Positions 1 through 11,300 of a stretch of DNA of 64,000 nt are shown here, one piece after another (position 1 is the stretch's first letter; the number at the start of each line of letters is the position of its first letter). Location: the NCBI GenBank assembly GCA_964468125.1, contig CAYXVF010000020.1, positions 2,468 to 66,467 of the forward strand, given 5' to 3'. The position numbers were made by a program, and so were the translations under genes. A model generated the notes under the pieces. That model searched no databases. It was not told the origin of the DNA and worked only from the letters and a program-made list of their open reading frames with translations. The DNA comes from an uncultured Bdellovibrionales bacterium. GTDB lineage: Bacteria > Myxococcota > XYA12-FULL-58-9 > CAYXVF01.

Positions 1-1
1 G

Positions 2-3000
2 AGCGACGAGGTCTTCGACTTCATCCTCGCGAACTACCCGGCCGCCCCCGCTGTAGATTCGCCTTACGGGATCATTGGCGGTACCTCGATGGCCTCGCCG
101 CACGTAGCGGGCGCCGCCGCACTCCTGAAGCAGGCACGGCCAACCTGGACCGATGCGGAGGTGCTCTCCGCCCTGCAAACCACCGCCGTTCGCTCGCTCA
201 CGACCGAGGGGGTGCCTGCGACTCCGCTCGATATCGGCGCCGGCCGAATCCAGATCGACCGCGCGCTGCGGGCGGGCCTGCTCCTAGATGAGACTCCGGA
301 GAACTTTGAGCTGGCAGATCCCCAGGGATCCCCGGCTGGCGACCCGCGCACGCTGAACGTCGTGGGTCTCGTCGACCGCCAATGCGTCGAGAGCTGTAGT
401 TGGACGCGAACCGTGAGTGCGGTGACCGACGACACCTGGGACCTCACGACGAACCAGCCTTGGCTATCGGTGACCCCCGCGTCGATCACGCTTGCGGCCG
501 GCGAAACCGCGACGATCACGGTCACCGCGGACGTCAGCGGGTTTGATACCACCGCCTTCCAGGCGGCCGAAGTGTTGATGACCCCGCGGTTCGTCACCTC
601 GCCGGTGCAGCACCTCACGGTTTCCGTGGCCGCGTCCTCCGGCTCGATTCCGGAGGTCGTGGAGCTCCTCGCCGCGCGCGATCAAGGCTCACGTCGGGTT
701 CGCGATGTGACGTCCATCGCGGTGGAGAGCTTTAGCTCCACCGTCTTTGGTCCCTTTGAGCGTGTCGCAACCGCGCAGAGCGTGGGGCAAGACAGCGACA
801 ACAGCAGCCCTTACGACGACACCACCGACGGGGTGGTGGAATCGTTCGTGACCGTTCCGGCGGGTGCGCTGCGTTTCGTCGTCGAGACTTTCGATTCGTC
901 ATCGCCCGACCTCGACTTGTTCGTGGGAGTCGACTTCAACGGCAATGGTGCCGCTGACGCCAACGAGGAGATCTGCTTCTCGGCGACGGCGACCAATGCC
1001 GAGGTGTGCGACATTGCCCTGGGCGGTGTGAACCCCGAGCTGCCCTTCTGGGTCCTCGTGCAGAACTGGCAGGCCAGCGACACTCCGCCGGACAGCTGGC
1101 AGCTCGGAACCGCCATCGTCGAAGCCACCGAGGGTTCGGCGGTAACGGTCAACGGACCGGCCGGCGCACTGGACGCGCTCGTCTCCTACAATCTCGATTT
1201 CGAGTGGGATCTCCCCGCAACTGAGGGGCAGGCCTTCTATGGCTTTGTGGAGTACTTTGCTGACGCGGCGAAGACGCAGCCGATCGGCTTCAGCGACTTG
1301 AACGTGATTCGTGTCGCGGACGATTCCAGCATCTCAGTGGCACCCAACCCGGCTAGCACCGGCGACGTGGTCGACGTGACCATCGAGGTGGGCCGCAACT
1401 TTAATGAGTTCGGCCGCAACCTGACCGTCACCCATACGGTGCCGGACGGTCTGACCCTAGTGGGCGGAAGCATCAACCAGGGTGGCGCCGAGAGCGGCGG
1501 AACCATCACCTGGAGTCTGCCGCAGCCGGGCTTCTTTGACCCGACCTTGGAGGGCGCCTACTCGGTAACCACCTCGCTCGAGTCCGCTGACTGCGTCACG
1601 CCGTTTGGGGTGCAAGGCTACGTCGACTTCGCCGCCGCGAACCCCGGATTCCCGTTTGAGCCGGTGGACCCGCAGGATGATTTTTCGGCCTATTCGTTCA
1701 CGTCGGAGTACTTCAACGCGGAGCGCAACTTCCTCGTGTTCGCGACCGGCGGTTTCATGGGTCTGAGCGCGGATGCGCTACCGGTGGATGGCACTCCTCA
1801 ACCCTTCCCCAACGTCGACCCGCCGAACGATCTGATCGCGGCCCTCTGGAACGATTGGACCGTCGTGAGCGCCCGCGATGACAGCGTGGTTCCGCCGATC
1901 ACCGATGGCCTCTACGTCGGCGCGTTCGGTGGGGGCATTCTCTGGGGTGGCCAGTGGCAGAACGTGCAGCTCGGGACCGACACCGCGAGCTTTGAGATCT
2001 TCTACTGGACCTTTGTCGACGACACTCCGGGGGCCTATGAAATTATCACGACCATCGGGCCCAACACGACCGCGACGGGACTCCAGGGCCTCGAGAACGC
2101 CACCGGAACCATCGGCACCAACCGGACAGGCCCGCTCCCCGAAGACCTGGTGGTCTGTTACGACTTTGTGGGTCCCTCGCCGATCACGCTGGCCTACCAG
2201 GCGACCGTCGACGGCGACGCCACCGGCGTGCTCACTCTCGAGTCCACCGACTCGGATGATGTTCCAAACACAGTCGCGGAAACCCGCAGCACCACCCTGA
2301 CCATTGAGAACGACCCGGGCGTGCTCGTGTTCAACCCCGCGACCTACGACGTCGATGAGGACGACACCGTCACCGTCACCGTCGAGCGCGTCGACGGTGG
2401 GGATGGCCCGGTCACGGTCGATGTCGTGTCAAGCGGTGGCACTGCCACAGCGGGAACGGATTACACCGCGGTCTCCGAGAGCCTGTCCTGGGCAGACGGG
2501 GAGCGCGGAGCGAAGACCCTCATCGTCACCACCCTCGCGGACGGTGACCCCGAGGGGACCGAGACCATCGCGTTGACCTTCGAGAATCTAACCGGCGCAA
2601 GCTCCGGTGGCGCGGATACGGCGGTCGTTTCGATCGCCGACGCGTCGGACCCGGGAACACTGCAGTTCGAGGCCGCTGTCGCATCGGTGTCCGAGTCCGA
2701 GACCGAGGTCGTCGTCAATGTGACCCGCACCGGTGGGACCGCGGAAGCGGTCTCGGTCGAGTTCACGACCGCGGACGGTACCGCAACCGCGGGCGAGGAC
2801 TACACCGCCAACAGTGGAACTCTGAACTTTGCCGACGGCGACGCGACCGCGCAGATCATCACGGTGGCGCTCCTGTCCGACGGCGTCTTCGAGGGCGACG
2901 AGACCTTCAGCATTGCCCTGAGTAATCCGTTGACGTCGCCCTTGGGTGACCCCGCGACGATCGAGGTGACCATCACCGAGGACGACGCCCCGGCGTCGAT

Positions 3001-5815
3001 CGGTTTTGGCTCGGCGTCCGCGTCGGTCTCGGAGAGTGGTGGCTCGATCGTCCTCGAGGTCGCGCGAACCGCGAACAGCGCGGGCGAAGTCACCGTCAAC
3101 TACCAGACCGTGGCTGCAACGGCGACCGAAGGCGAGGACTACACCGCGTCGAGCGGAACCCTCACCTGGGCGGACGGTGTGGATGGTCCTCAGGAGATCA
3201 CCATCGACATCCTCGATGATGCGATCGGTGAGCCCGATGAGACATTCGTGGTCGAACTCTCCGACGTCTCGGCCAACGCCACCCTCACCAACTCCACTGC
3301 GACCGTCACCATCGAGGACGACGACACGAGCGTACAGTTCGTGACGACCTCGGCCACGGTGGCGGAGGGTGACGGCGCCGTCTCCCTCGACGTGGAGCGT
3401 ACGGGCACCGTCGGTGAGACCACCGTCGACTACCGCGTGGTCTACATCACCGCGTCGCCCGGTGACATCGCCAACACCAATGGGACGCTCACCTGGGCGG
3501 ACGGAGTCGCGGACGATCAGACTATCGTCATCGACATCGTGGACGATGCCTTGGTTGAAGGGGCGCAGCAGTTCCAGGTGGAGCTGGTGAACCCGATCAA
3601 CGCGTCGCTCGGTGATCCGGTGCTGTCGACCGTGACCATCACGGACAACGACTCTTCGGTGGAGCTCGCCACGACGTCGGTGGCCGCGGGTGAGGGCGAC
3701 GGGACCGTCGACCTCGCGGTGGTCCGCGTTGGCAGCTCGGTGGGGCCGGTGACCGTCGACTTCGCTACGGTTGATGGCAGCGCGGCCGCGGGCAGCGACT
3801 ACACCGTGGCCAACGGTACGGTCAGCTTTGCCGACGGAGACACCGCACCGAAGACCATCTCCGTAACCCTAACCGACGACGCGCTCATCGAGTCGCCGGA
3901 GGACTTCACGGTCGTTCTGAGCAACGCCGTGGGCGTGGCGTTGGGTGAGAACAGTGAGGCGACGGTGACCATCGTCGACAACGACGCCACCGCGGACACG
4001 GTCGGCTTTGTCGAGAACCGCGTCACGGTGAGTGAAAACGACGGCAACGCCGTGTTGACCGTCGAACGCACGGCTGGCACGGGCGCGCTCGCCATCGCGT
4101 ACGCGACCGGGGACGGGTCGGCTCTCGCCGGCTCCGAGTACGAGGAGACGAGCGGGACGCTCACCTGGGCGGACGGTGAGACCGACCCTCAGACCATCAG
4201 CATTCCGCTGCTCGACGACGAGATCGCCGAAATGCCTTCGAGCTTCTTCGTGTTCATTCCGGGCCTGGGCGCCGAGTCCACCGCCGAGGTGACCATCACC
4301 GACGACTCCTTCGAGGTCGGCTTTGCCGCCGCCTCGGACGTCACCGTCGACGAGTCGGTCGGCACCGTGAGCTTCACGGTCGAGGCGTCCGGCGACGGCG
4401 ACGGCGGTACGGTGGAGTACGGCATTCTCGCCGACACCGCGGATGCGTCGGACGTGACCAACGCGACCGGGACGATCACCTACACCGGTGGCGACCTGAG
4501 CGCTCGGACCATCACGGTCGACGTGGTCGACGACAACCTCATCGAGAATGAAGAGTCGCTCTCGGTGGTGTTGTTCGGTGCCTCGGGCGAAGCGACGGTT
4601 TCGGCAACCGCCGGGGCCGCGGTATTGACCATCACCGATGACGATGTGGCGGGCACCGTCGAGCTCGCGGCGGCGACCGCCATGGCTACGGAAGGCAACG
4701 GTACAGTCACGATCACTGTGAATCGCACCGGCGGCATCGACGGCGCGGCGACGGTGGACTACGCCACCGCGGCGGGTACGGCTGACGCGACGGACTTCAC
4801 CGCGGCGTCCGGTACGCTCTCCTGGGTGGATCAAGACGGCGCACCGAAGACCTTCACCATCGACCTCTTGGATGATTCCATCCCAGAGTCGATGGAGACC
4901 TTCACGGTCACCCTGTCGAATGCGACAGGTGCTGCCCTCGGGACGCAAACCGACGCGACGGTGACCGTGGTAGACGACGATGGTGACTTTGCGGTGGTGG
5001 CGTTCGCCGAAACCGCGCTGGACGGCAACGTTGATGACGGCAGTGTGGAGCTCACCGTGGTTCGTAGCGCCAACACCGGCGGTCCGGTGACCGTTGACTA
5101 CGCGACCGCGGATGGTACCGCGACCGCGGGCGACGACTATTCCGGGACCACCGGCACCCTGAGCTGGGCCGACGGAGAAGGTGGAGCGCGCACCATCACC
5201 GTCCCGCTCTCTGGTGACGGCGATGCAAGCGAGGACTTCACGGTGGCTCTGTCGAACGTGACCGGCGCGGCGGCGCTCGGCGTCGACTCCACCGCGACGG
5301 TGACCCTGGTTGAGGGTCCTCCCGCCGATGTACCTGCGGTGATCATCGCGCGCGCGGGCATTACCGTTGGCGAGGGTGACGGTTCGGTCGAGGTGAGCCT
5401 CTCCCTCGACGCGCCGTCGGCCGGAATGACTTCGGTCTCCTACACAACCGTGGATGGCACCGCGACGGCGGGCAGCGACTACACCGCGGCCAGTGGCTCG
5501 GTGACCTGGATGGACGGAGAAGACTCGGCGAAGACCTTTACCGTCGACATTCTCGACGACTCCGATACGGAGCCGGGCGAGTCCTTCACCATCGAGCTCA
5601 CCTCCGATGACCTCAACGTGCCGCGTGACACGGTGGGCGTGATCATCTCGGACAACGATGGCTCCTCGGGCGGCGGCTCCGGTGGCGGTGGCTCCGGTGG
5701 TGGCGGCTCCGACGAAGGTGACGACGACGGCGGTTGTGCCGCAACTCCGGTTGAGCCGTTCGCTCTCCTGGGGGTGGCGTTCCTGTTCCGCCGTCGCCGA
5801 CGTCGCGAGGGCTAA
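2..5815 (+). CDS. Large surface-anchored S8 (subtilisin-like) peptidase, 5'-partial, with about 10 Calx-beta repeats and a MYXO-CTERM-like anchor
   Basis: The frame is open from base 2 (SDEVFDF...YGIIGGTSMASPHVAGAAALL, the S8 catalytic Ser motif). Repeated Calx-beta units (TADGTATAGEDY...GTLxW/FADG...ETFxVxLSN) run from about 2314 to 5660. The C-terminus is a Gly/Ser linker, DDDGGC, a hydrophobic helix and RRRRRR. Confidence 0.9.
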   Translation, partial: SDEVFDFILANYPAAPAVDSPYGIIGGTSMASPHVAGAAALLKQARPTWTDAEVLSALQTTAVRSLTTEGVPATPLDIGAGRIQIDRALRAGLLLDETPENFELADPQGSPAGDPRTLNVVGLVDRQCVESCSWTRTVSAVTDDTWDLTTNQPWLSVTPASITLAAGETATITVTADVSGFDTTAFQAAEVLMTPRFVTSPVQHLTVSVAASSGSIPEVVELLAARDQGSRRVRDVTSIAVESFSSTVFGPFERVATAQSVGQDSDNSSPYDDTTDGVVESFVTVPAGALRFVVETFDSSSPDLDLFVGVDFNGNGAADANEEICFSATATNAEVCDIALGGVNPELPFWVLVQNWQASDTPPDSWQLGTAIVEATEGSAVTVNGPAGALDALVSYNLDFEWDLPATEGQAFYGFVEYFADAAKTQPIGFSDLNVIRVADDSSISVAPNPASTGDVVDVTIEVGRNFNEFGRNLTVTHTVPDGLTLVGGSINQGGAESGGTITWSLPQPGFFDPTLEGAYSVTTSLESADCVTPFGVQGYVDFAAANPGFPFEPVDPQDDFSAYSFTSEYFNAERNFLVFATGGFMGLSADALPVDGTPQPFPNVDPPNDLIAALWNDWTVVSARDDSVVPPITDGLYVGAFGGGILWGGQWQNVQLGTDTASFEIFYWTFVDDTPGAYEIITTIGPNTTATGLQGLENATGTIGTNRTGPLPEDLVVCYDFVGPSPITLAYQATVDGDATGVLTLESTDSDDVPNTVAETRSTTLTIENDPGVLVFNPATYDVDEDDTVTVTVERVDGGDGPVTVDVVSSGGTATAGTDYTAVSESLSWADGERGAKTLIVTTLADGDPEGTETIALTFENLTGASSGGADTAVVSIADASDPGTLQFEAAVASVSESETEVVVNVTRTGGTAEAVSVEFTTADGTATAGEDYTANSGTLNFADGDATAQIITVALLSDGVFEGDETFSIALSNPLTSPLGDPATIEVTITEDDAPASIGFGSASASVSESGGSIVLEVARTANSAGEVTVNYQTVAATATEGEDYTASSGTLTWADGVDGPQEITIDILDDAIGEPDETFVVELSDVSANATLTNSTATVTIEDDDTSVQFVTTSATVAEGDGAVSLDVERTGTVGETTVDYRVVYITASPGDIANTNGTLTWADGVADDQTIVIDIVDDALVEGAQQFQVELVNPINASLGDPVLSTVTITDNDSSVELATTSVAAGEGDGTVDLAVVRVGSSVGPVTVDFATVDGSAAAGSDYTVANGTVSFADGDTAPKTISVTLTDDALIESPEDFTVVLSNAVGVALGENSEATVTIVDNDATADTVGFVENRVTVSENDGNAVLTVERTAGTGALAIAYATGDGSALAGSEYEETSGTLTWADGETDPQTISIPLLDDEIAEMPSSFFVFIPGLGAESTAEVTITDDSFEVGFAAASDVTVDESVGTVSFTVEASGDGDGGTVEYGILADTADASDVTNATGTITYTGGDLSARTITVDVVDDNLIENEESLSVVLFGASGEATVSATAGAAVLTITDDDVAGTVELAAATAMATEGNGTVTITVNRTGGIDGAATVDYATAAGTADATDFTAASGTLSWVDQDGAPKTFTIDLLDDSIPESMETFTVTLSNATGAALGTQTDATVTVVDDDGDFAVVAFAETALDGNVDDGSVELTVVRSANTGGPVTVDYATADGTATAGDDYSGTTGTLSWADGEGGARTITVPLSGDGDASEDFTVALSNVTGAAALGVDSTATVTLVEGPPADVPAVIIARAGITVGEGDGSVEVSLSLDAPSAGMTSVSYTTVDGTATAGSDYTAASGSVTWMDGEDSAKTFTVDILDDSDTEPGESFTIELTSDDLNVPRDTVGVIISDNDGSSGGGSGGGGSGGGGSDEGDDDGGCAATPVEPFALLGVAFLFRRRRRREG

Positions 5816-5911
5816 AGAGGGGCCTCGGTACACCCATATTGAGCTAGAGAAAGCCGGGTCCTGTGAGAGCAGGGCCCGGCGTTTCTCATCATGGCACGCG
5901 CCGAAATCGCG

Positions 5912-6145
5912 CTAGTGCAGTCCCCCCCCGACGAAGCCGCCGTCGACCTCGAGGAACTGTTCGGTGGACAAAGCGAGGTAGAAGCGGTTAGCGCGAAGCT
6001 CGTAGAATCCGGCCTCGTCCATGAAGAACGAGTCGTCAACCCTGTAGCCGTGAACGTTGACCAGCGTGCCCTCATGCGACGTGTGAAGCGTTTTAAGGTC
6101 GCCGGTGACGTCGCCCCAGTTGGTTGAAATCGTGCGATCGGTCAC
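5912..6145 (-). CDS. Small hypothetical protein (77 aa)
   Basis: GTG start preceded by purine-rich GAAGAAGAAGAG, in-frame stop just upstream, protein-like composition. No family recognised. Confidence 0.5.
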   Translation of the reverse strand: MTDRTISTNWGDVTGDLKTLHTSHEGTLVNVHGYRVDDSFFMDEAGFYELRANRFYLALSTEQFLEVDGGFVGGGLH

Positions 6146-6290
6146 AGCTCTTCTTCTTCCCGGCTCAACAGACCTTCACGGTCTCGAACAGTCTGCCTGT
6201 CTCGATGCGGGTACGAATTCGCCCACAGCACCCACCTCGGCTCACACAGGACATTCACCCGGGCCGCACCGAAAAGGCGTACTCGCGGCC

Positions 6291-6737
6291 CTAGAGCTCG
6301 ACCGAATCGAGCCAGAGAGTGACCGGACCGTCGTTGACGAGCTCGACGTTCATAATCGCGCCGAAGCGTCCGGTCTCAACGGGCAAGCCGCGTGCGCGCA
6401 GCTGGTCGCAGAAATGCTCGCACAGCGCGTTGGCTCGCTCCGGGCCTTCGGCGTTGCCGAAGAACGGGCGGCGGCCTTTGCGCACGTCCGCGTGCAGCGT
6501 GAACTGACTGACGACGAGCACCTGCCCACCTATGTCCTCGACGGAAAGGTTCATCTTGTCGTCGCTGTCGGCGAAGATCCGTAGCTCCGCCACCTTCTTC
6601 GCCAAGCTCACCGAGTCACGCTCCGAGTCCCCCTTCCCCACGCCGAGGAGCACCAGAAGTCCCCTATCGATCCGACCCACGTTCTCGCCCTCGACATGCA
6701 CCTCCGCCCGGGACACGCGCTGTAGCAACGCTCTCAT
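6291..6737 (-). CDS. dtd: D-aminoacyl-tRNA deacylase
   Basis: [17 protein letters not shown] and NDGPVT motifs. Confidence 0.97.
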   Translation of the reverse strand: MRALLQRVSRAEVHVEGENVGRIDRGLLVLLGVGKGDSERDSVSLAKKVAELRIFADSDDKMNLSVEDIGGQVLVVSQFTLHADVRKGRRPFFGNAEGPERANALCEHFCDQLRARGLPVETGRFGAIMNVELVNDGPVTLWLDSVEL

Positions 6738-7795
6738 ATCTCCATCTCGATCTCGCGGGTCTCGTCTGGAACATCGGGCACAGACCCTTGCTCGCCCCAG
6801 CGCAGAAGCTTCAGAATCGACGAGCCGAGCACGTCGACCTCCGTGGACACAAACTGCTCGCCGCCGAGCTCCCGCGTGCGCCGGGTCTGCTGCTCGAGAA
6901 TGCGCGCATCCTGCTCGACGATACGCTTCGCCACGGGCTCGGCCAGCGTCGCCACCACGCGTGTCGCCACCGGCAGACGCAGCGCGACGACCGTGAACAT
7001 GCGCGTCTCGAAGGGACCGACGGGCGAGAGCAGATTGGTCACCACTACGTGGCTCTCCTCCCCCAAGCGGTATTCGACCTGGGCGATTCCCGGCATGATG
7101 AATCGGTCGACGTGCTCGAGCTCGCCGCCCTGCGGGGCGAGCAAACGACCGATGAGCCCCTCCGGCCGCGGCTCGCCGATGAAGCGTGCCTCCGCCCGGT
7201 CCCGCCCTCGCGTGACACGCACAGTCACCCGGTTTCGCGCCCCTGCCCCCCTAAACAAACCTTTATGTAAGTAGCTCGTGTGCGGGACATCGAGGATGTT
7301 CTCCGCTGTCGCGTAGAGCGTCGCCTCGAAAGTCGCATCGTACTCGATGAGTCGATAGCGCGCATCGCCCACGCCTGGGATCAAATAGGGCTCCTCCACC
7401 GGCTCGCCGAGAAGCCAGACCCAGATGAATCCCTGCGACTCGCGGCAAGAATAGACGCGCGCATAGCGAGCGGGACTGGAGGGGTCGACGAGAGATGCAG
7501 GAACGGCCACACAGCGTCCGTGACCGTCAAAACGCCACCCGTGATAGGCGCACTCGAGCTCGCCCCGTACACATCGGCCGAGGCTGAGGGGCGTGTTTCG
7601 ATGAGGACATCGGTCCAGAAGCACCGTAGGAAGGCCGCGACGATCCCGGAAGGCCACGAGCGGAATGTCAAAGAGGCGGAGCGCTAGAGGACCGTCTCCG
7701 AGATCCCTCGAGCGGGCGACCGGATACCAGTACCGAGCGGGCCCGGTGCTCGAATAGCGCCCGCTCGGCGCCGGGAGCGAGGCGTCTCGGCTCAT
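6734..7795 (-). CDS. Rieske non-heme iron oxygenase alpha subunit (VanA-like)
   Basis: Rieske motifs DRCPHR and CAYHGW; mononuclear iron motif [13 protein letters not shown]; distal EQD. Confidence 0.9.
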   Translation of the reverse strand: MSRDASLPAPSGRYSSTGPARYWYPVARSRDLGDGPLALRLFDIPLVAFRDRRGLPTVLLDRCPHRNTPLSLGRCVRGELECAYHGWRFDGHGRCVAVPASLVDPSSPARYARVYSCRESQGFIWVWLLGEPVEEPYLIPGVGDARYRLIEYDATFEATLYATAENILDVPHTSYLHKGLFRGAGARNRVTVRVTRGRDRAEARFIGEPRPEGLIGRLLAPQGGELEHVDRFIMPGIAQVEYRLGEESHVVVTNLLSPVGPFETRMFTVVALRLPVATRVVATLAEPVAKRIVEQDARILEQQTRRTRELGGEQFVSTEVDVLGSSILKLLRWGEQGSVPDVPDETREIEMEI

Positions 7796-7802
7796 TCTTC
7801 CT

Positions 7803-8258
7803 TCAGCCTGCGACTCGGCGCATGAAACTCAACGCATCATCCACGTGCTTGTTGGCGCGGAGTCGGTAATCGAAGACCGCGGCGATCGTGCCCTCCGGGT
7901 CGATGACGTAGGTGACCCGCGAGTTCATCGGTAAGAAGCCACTGCGGCCGGCTTCGTAGGCTTTCGTAACCGCTCCGTCCTCATCGGCGAGCATCGGAAA
8001 CTCAACGCCGTATTTGTCCGCGAAGCTGCACTGCGTGCTCATCTTGTCCGTCGAGACTCCAATCACCTCGGCCCCGAGCTCATCGATCTCCGCGTAGCTC
8101 GACTGAAACCCTTTGGTCTCGATCGTACACCCTGGCGTGAACGCCTTCGGGAAGAAGTAGAGGACTACGTATTTGCCGCGCAAGGCGTCGAGCGAGAGAC
8201 GCTCGCCCTTCGTGGTCGCGGCATCAAATGCCGGCGCTTTCTCACCTACCTTCAACAC
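7803..8258 (-). CDS. bcp: Peroxiredoxin, BCP/PrxQ family
   Basis: YFFPKAFTPGCTIE peroxidatic Cys motif. Confidence 0.92.
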   Translation of the reverse strand: MLKVGEKAPAFDAATTKGERLSLDALRGKYVVLYFFPKAFTPGCTIETKGFQSSYAEIDELGAEVIGVSTDKMSTQCSFADKYGVEFPMLADEDGAVTKAYEAGRSGFLPMNSRVTYVIDPEGTIAAVFDYRLRANKHVDDALSFMRRVAG

Positions 8259-8301
8259 GTCGTCCGAACGTCCTTTCTCTGACGGCTCCGCTCGAGGAGC
8301 C

Positions 8302-11300
8302 TCAATTCAAGGTAGCCGCCGCGGCGGTCTTCTTCTCGCCGAGCTCCAGAGTGACCGACCGTGCTTGCGTGCTCACCCCGTCGCCGAGCAACGCTTCCTC
8401 CACCAACGCCTCCTGCTCGGCCGCGTGGCGCCGCGACGAGCCCGTAGCTGGTGATGCCGCCGACGGACGCCCCACGTAGCGCAGGGTTTGGCCCGGGTCG
8501 ATGGTCGCCAGAAGGCGTTCATCCAGGAAGTCCCAGGCGCCCATATTGCGCGGCTCTTCCTGGACCCAGACGATGTCTTTCGCGTCTGAGTAGTGATCGA
8601 GCGCCTCCCGAAGCTCGTGTTCCGGGTAGGGGTAGTACTGCTCTACGCGAATGATCGCAACGTTTGTGATCTCCTGCTTTCGACGGTGGCTCAGCAGGTC
8701 GTAGTAGACCTTGCCAGCGCAGAGCAGCACACGACGCACGTTCGCGAGCTTGTCCGCGTCCGGATCCCCGAGCACCGGTTTGAACGCGTCGTGGGTCAGC
8801 TCATCGGCCGTGGACACCGCGACAGGATTTCGCAACAGGCTCTTCGGAGTGAAGACCACCAGTGGCCGCGGATTACCTGCATGCACCTGGCGACGGAGCA
8901 GGTGGAAATACTGCGCCGGCGTGCTCGGATAGCTCACGCACATGTTGCCCTGGGCGCAGAGCTGCAGAAATCGCTCAATCCGCGCACTCGAATGCTCGGG
9001 GCCCTGCCCCTCGAAGCCGTGCGGCAGGAGCATCACCAAACCGCTCTTCTGGCCCCACTTCATTTCTGCGCTCGAGATGAACTGGTCGATGATCACCTGC
9101 GCGCCGTTGACGAAGTCGCCGAACTGCGCCTCCCACATCGTGAGACCGCCCATGCGATTGACCGAGTAGCCGTATTCAAAGCCCAGCACACCAAACTCGG
9201 ACAGGAGCGAATCGAACACCACGAAGGGCGCCTGATCGCCGTCGATGTGATTCAGCGGAACGAAAGGCTCACTCGTTCGATTGTCGTAGAGCACCGAGTG
9301 GCGTTGGCTAAACGTGCCACGTCCGCTGTCCTCGCCACTGAGTCGCACCGGATGGCCTTCCAGGCAGAGCGATCCAAAGCTCAGGGCTTCGGCGAGTGCC
9401 CAGTCGATCTTGCCCTGCTGGAACTTGTCGTCGCGCTTGGCGAGCTGCTTCTCGAGCTTGGGATGTACCTGGAAGCCTTCCGGTGCCCGACCCATCGCCG
9501 TGAGAATCTTCTCGAGAACCGCGCGTTCCACACCGGTATCGGTCACCTTGCGCTCGGCGAGACCGAAGCCTTCTGTCGACTCCTGATCCTCTGGCACCGG
9601 AGGGGCCGAACGATCGAGCGCCGCACGCACGGCGTCGTTGATTTCCTGGAGCTTCGAGCGGTAGTGCTCGAGCGCCTTTTCGGCCGTCTCCGGCGCGATG
9701 TCTCCCCGGCGCAACAAACGCTCGGTGTAGAGCTTGCGAACAGACCGGTGGTTTTCGATCGCCTGGTAGAGTCCAGGGTTCGTGTACGACGGGTCGTCGC
9801 CCTCGTTGTGTCCCCAGCGCCGGTAGCAGATCAGGTCGATGACGACGTCGCGTCCGAAGAGTTGCCGGAAGCGCAGAGCGAGTTTTATCACCCGCACCGC
9901 GTCCTCCGGAAAGTCCCCGTTCACGTGGAAGATCGGAGCATGAATCGTTTTGGCCACGTCGGTGGCATAGAGCGACGAGCGCGAGGACTCGGGACCGGTC
10001 GTAAACCCGATCTGGTTGTTCACGACGATGTGTACCGTGCCGCCGGTCCGGTAGCCAGCGAGCTGCGACATGGAGAGGGTCTCGGCGACCACCCCTTGAC
10101 CACTGAACGCCGCATCGCCGTGGATCAGAATGGGCAGGACTTTCTTGCGGTCAAAGCCGAACTCCGCGTCCTGCCTCGCCCGCGCCAGTCCCTCGACCAC
10201 GGGATTCACCGCCTCGAGGTGCGACGGGTTTCCCGCCACCGACACCTTCACCTTCTTGCCGCCGATCGACTCGAGAACGCCCTCCGCGCCGAGGTGATAC
10301 TTCACGTCGCCCGAGCCGTGGGCGCTCGTCTCCATGTCGCCCTCGAACTCGCGGAAGAGCTGTGCGTAGTCCTTGCCGATTATGTTCGCGAGGACGTTTA
10401 GGCGTCCGCGGTGGGCCATACCGATGATCGCCTCTTCCACCCGGTCCTCTCCCCCGTCCGCGGCGTCGGAGAGAAGAATGTCGAGCATGGGGATGAGGGT
10501 CTCCGACCCTTCGAGGGAGAAGCGCTTCTGCCCCACATAGGTCGTGCCGAGGAATTTCTCGAACGCTTCCGCGTTGTTCAAACGAGTCAGGATTCGCTCC
10601 TGCACCTCCCAGGGCAGCGGGTCCGAAAGCCGGTCCTTCTCCATGTTGACCTGGAGCCAATCGCGCTGCTCCGGGAAGGGAATGTGCATGTACTCCGCGC
10701 CGATGTGACGACAGTAAGTTTCACGGAGCGTGTCCATGATGTCGCGCAGCTTCATCGGGTTTGGGTTGCCCCCGAGCTCACCGGACATGAACGGGCGGTC
10801 CAGGTCCCAAACGGAGAGACCGTAGGTCGACAGCTCGAGCTCCGGGTGTACCTGCGGTTGTTCGAGGCGTAGCGGGTCGAGGTGAGCGTAGAGGTGGCCG
10901 CGCACGCGGTGGACCCGAATGAGCTGCAGCACGTAGGCCTGCTTGCGGATCGCATCCAAGTCGCGCGTCCCGGCCAGAATCGCCGGGTTCTGGTCGCCGG
11001 CCCAGTTGAGGGGCTCGTGAGGCACACCGAGCTCTTCGAAGATCGAGCCGTAGAAATCATCCGCACCGAGCAAGAGCTGCTCGATTTCCTTCAGGAACGC
11101 GCCGGACTCCGCACCCTGGATCACCCGATGATCATAGGTGCTCGTGATGGTCATCGTCTTGGAAAGGCCGAGCTCGCTGATGACCTCCCGCGACATGCCC
11201 GTGTACTCCGCGGGGAAGCCGATCGAGCCGACGCCGATGATCGCGCCCTGCCCCGCCATCAACCGGGGCACGCTCAGTGCTGTTCCGATCATGCCGGGGT

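Noticed and set aside
2314-5660. Recurrent DNA motifs such as ACGCTCACCTGGGCGGACGG
   Set aside because: These are explained by the Calx-beta protein repeats; they are not a CRISPR array or non-coding repeat
5660-5712. Near-(GGGGS)3 linker with 15-bp repeats resembling a synthetic scFv linker or tandem repeat
   Set aside because: It is in-frame low-complexity spacer before the C-terminal anchor, as is usual for such proteins, and there is no vector context
3869-5833. Long antisense ORFs (also 8593-10401, 44337-45638, 52692-53738, 59790-61391)
   Set aside because: They are shadow ORFs opposite well-supported genes in high-GC DNA
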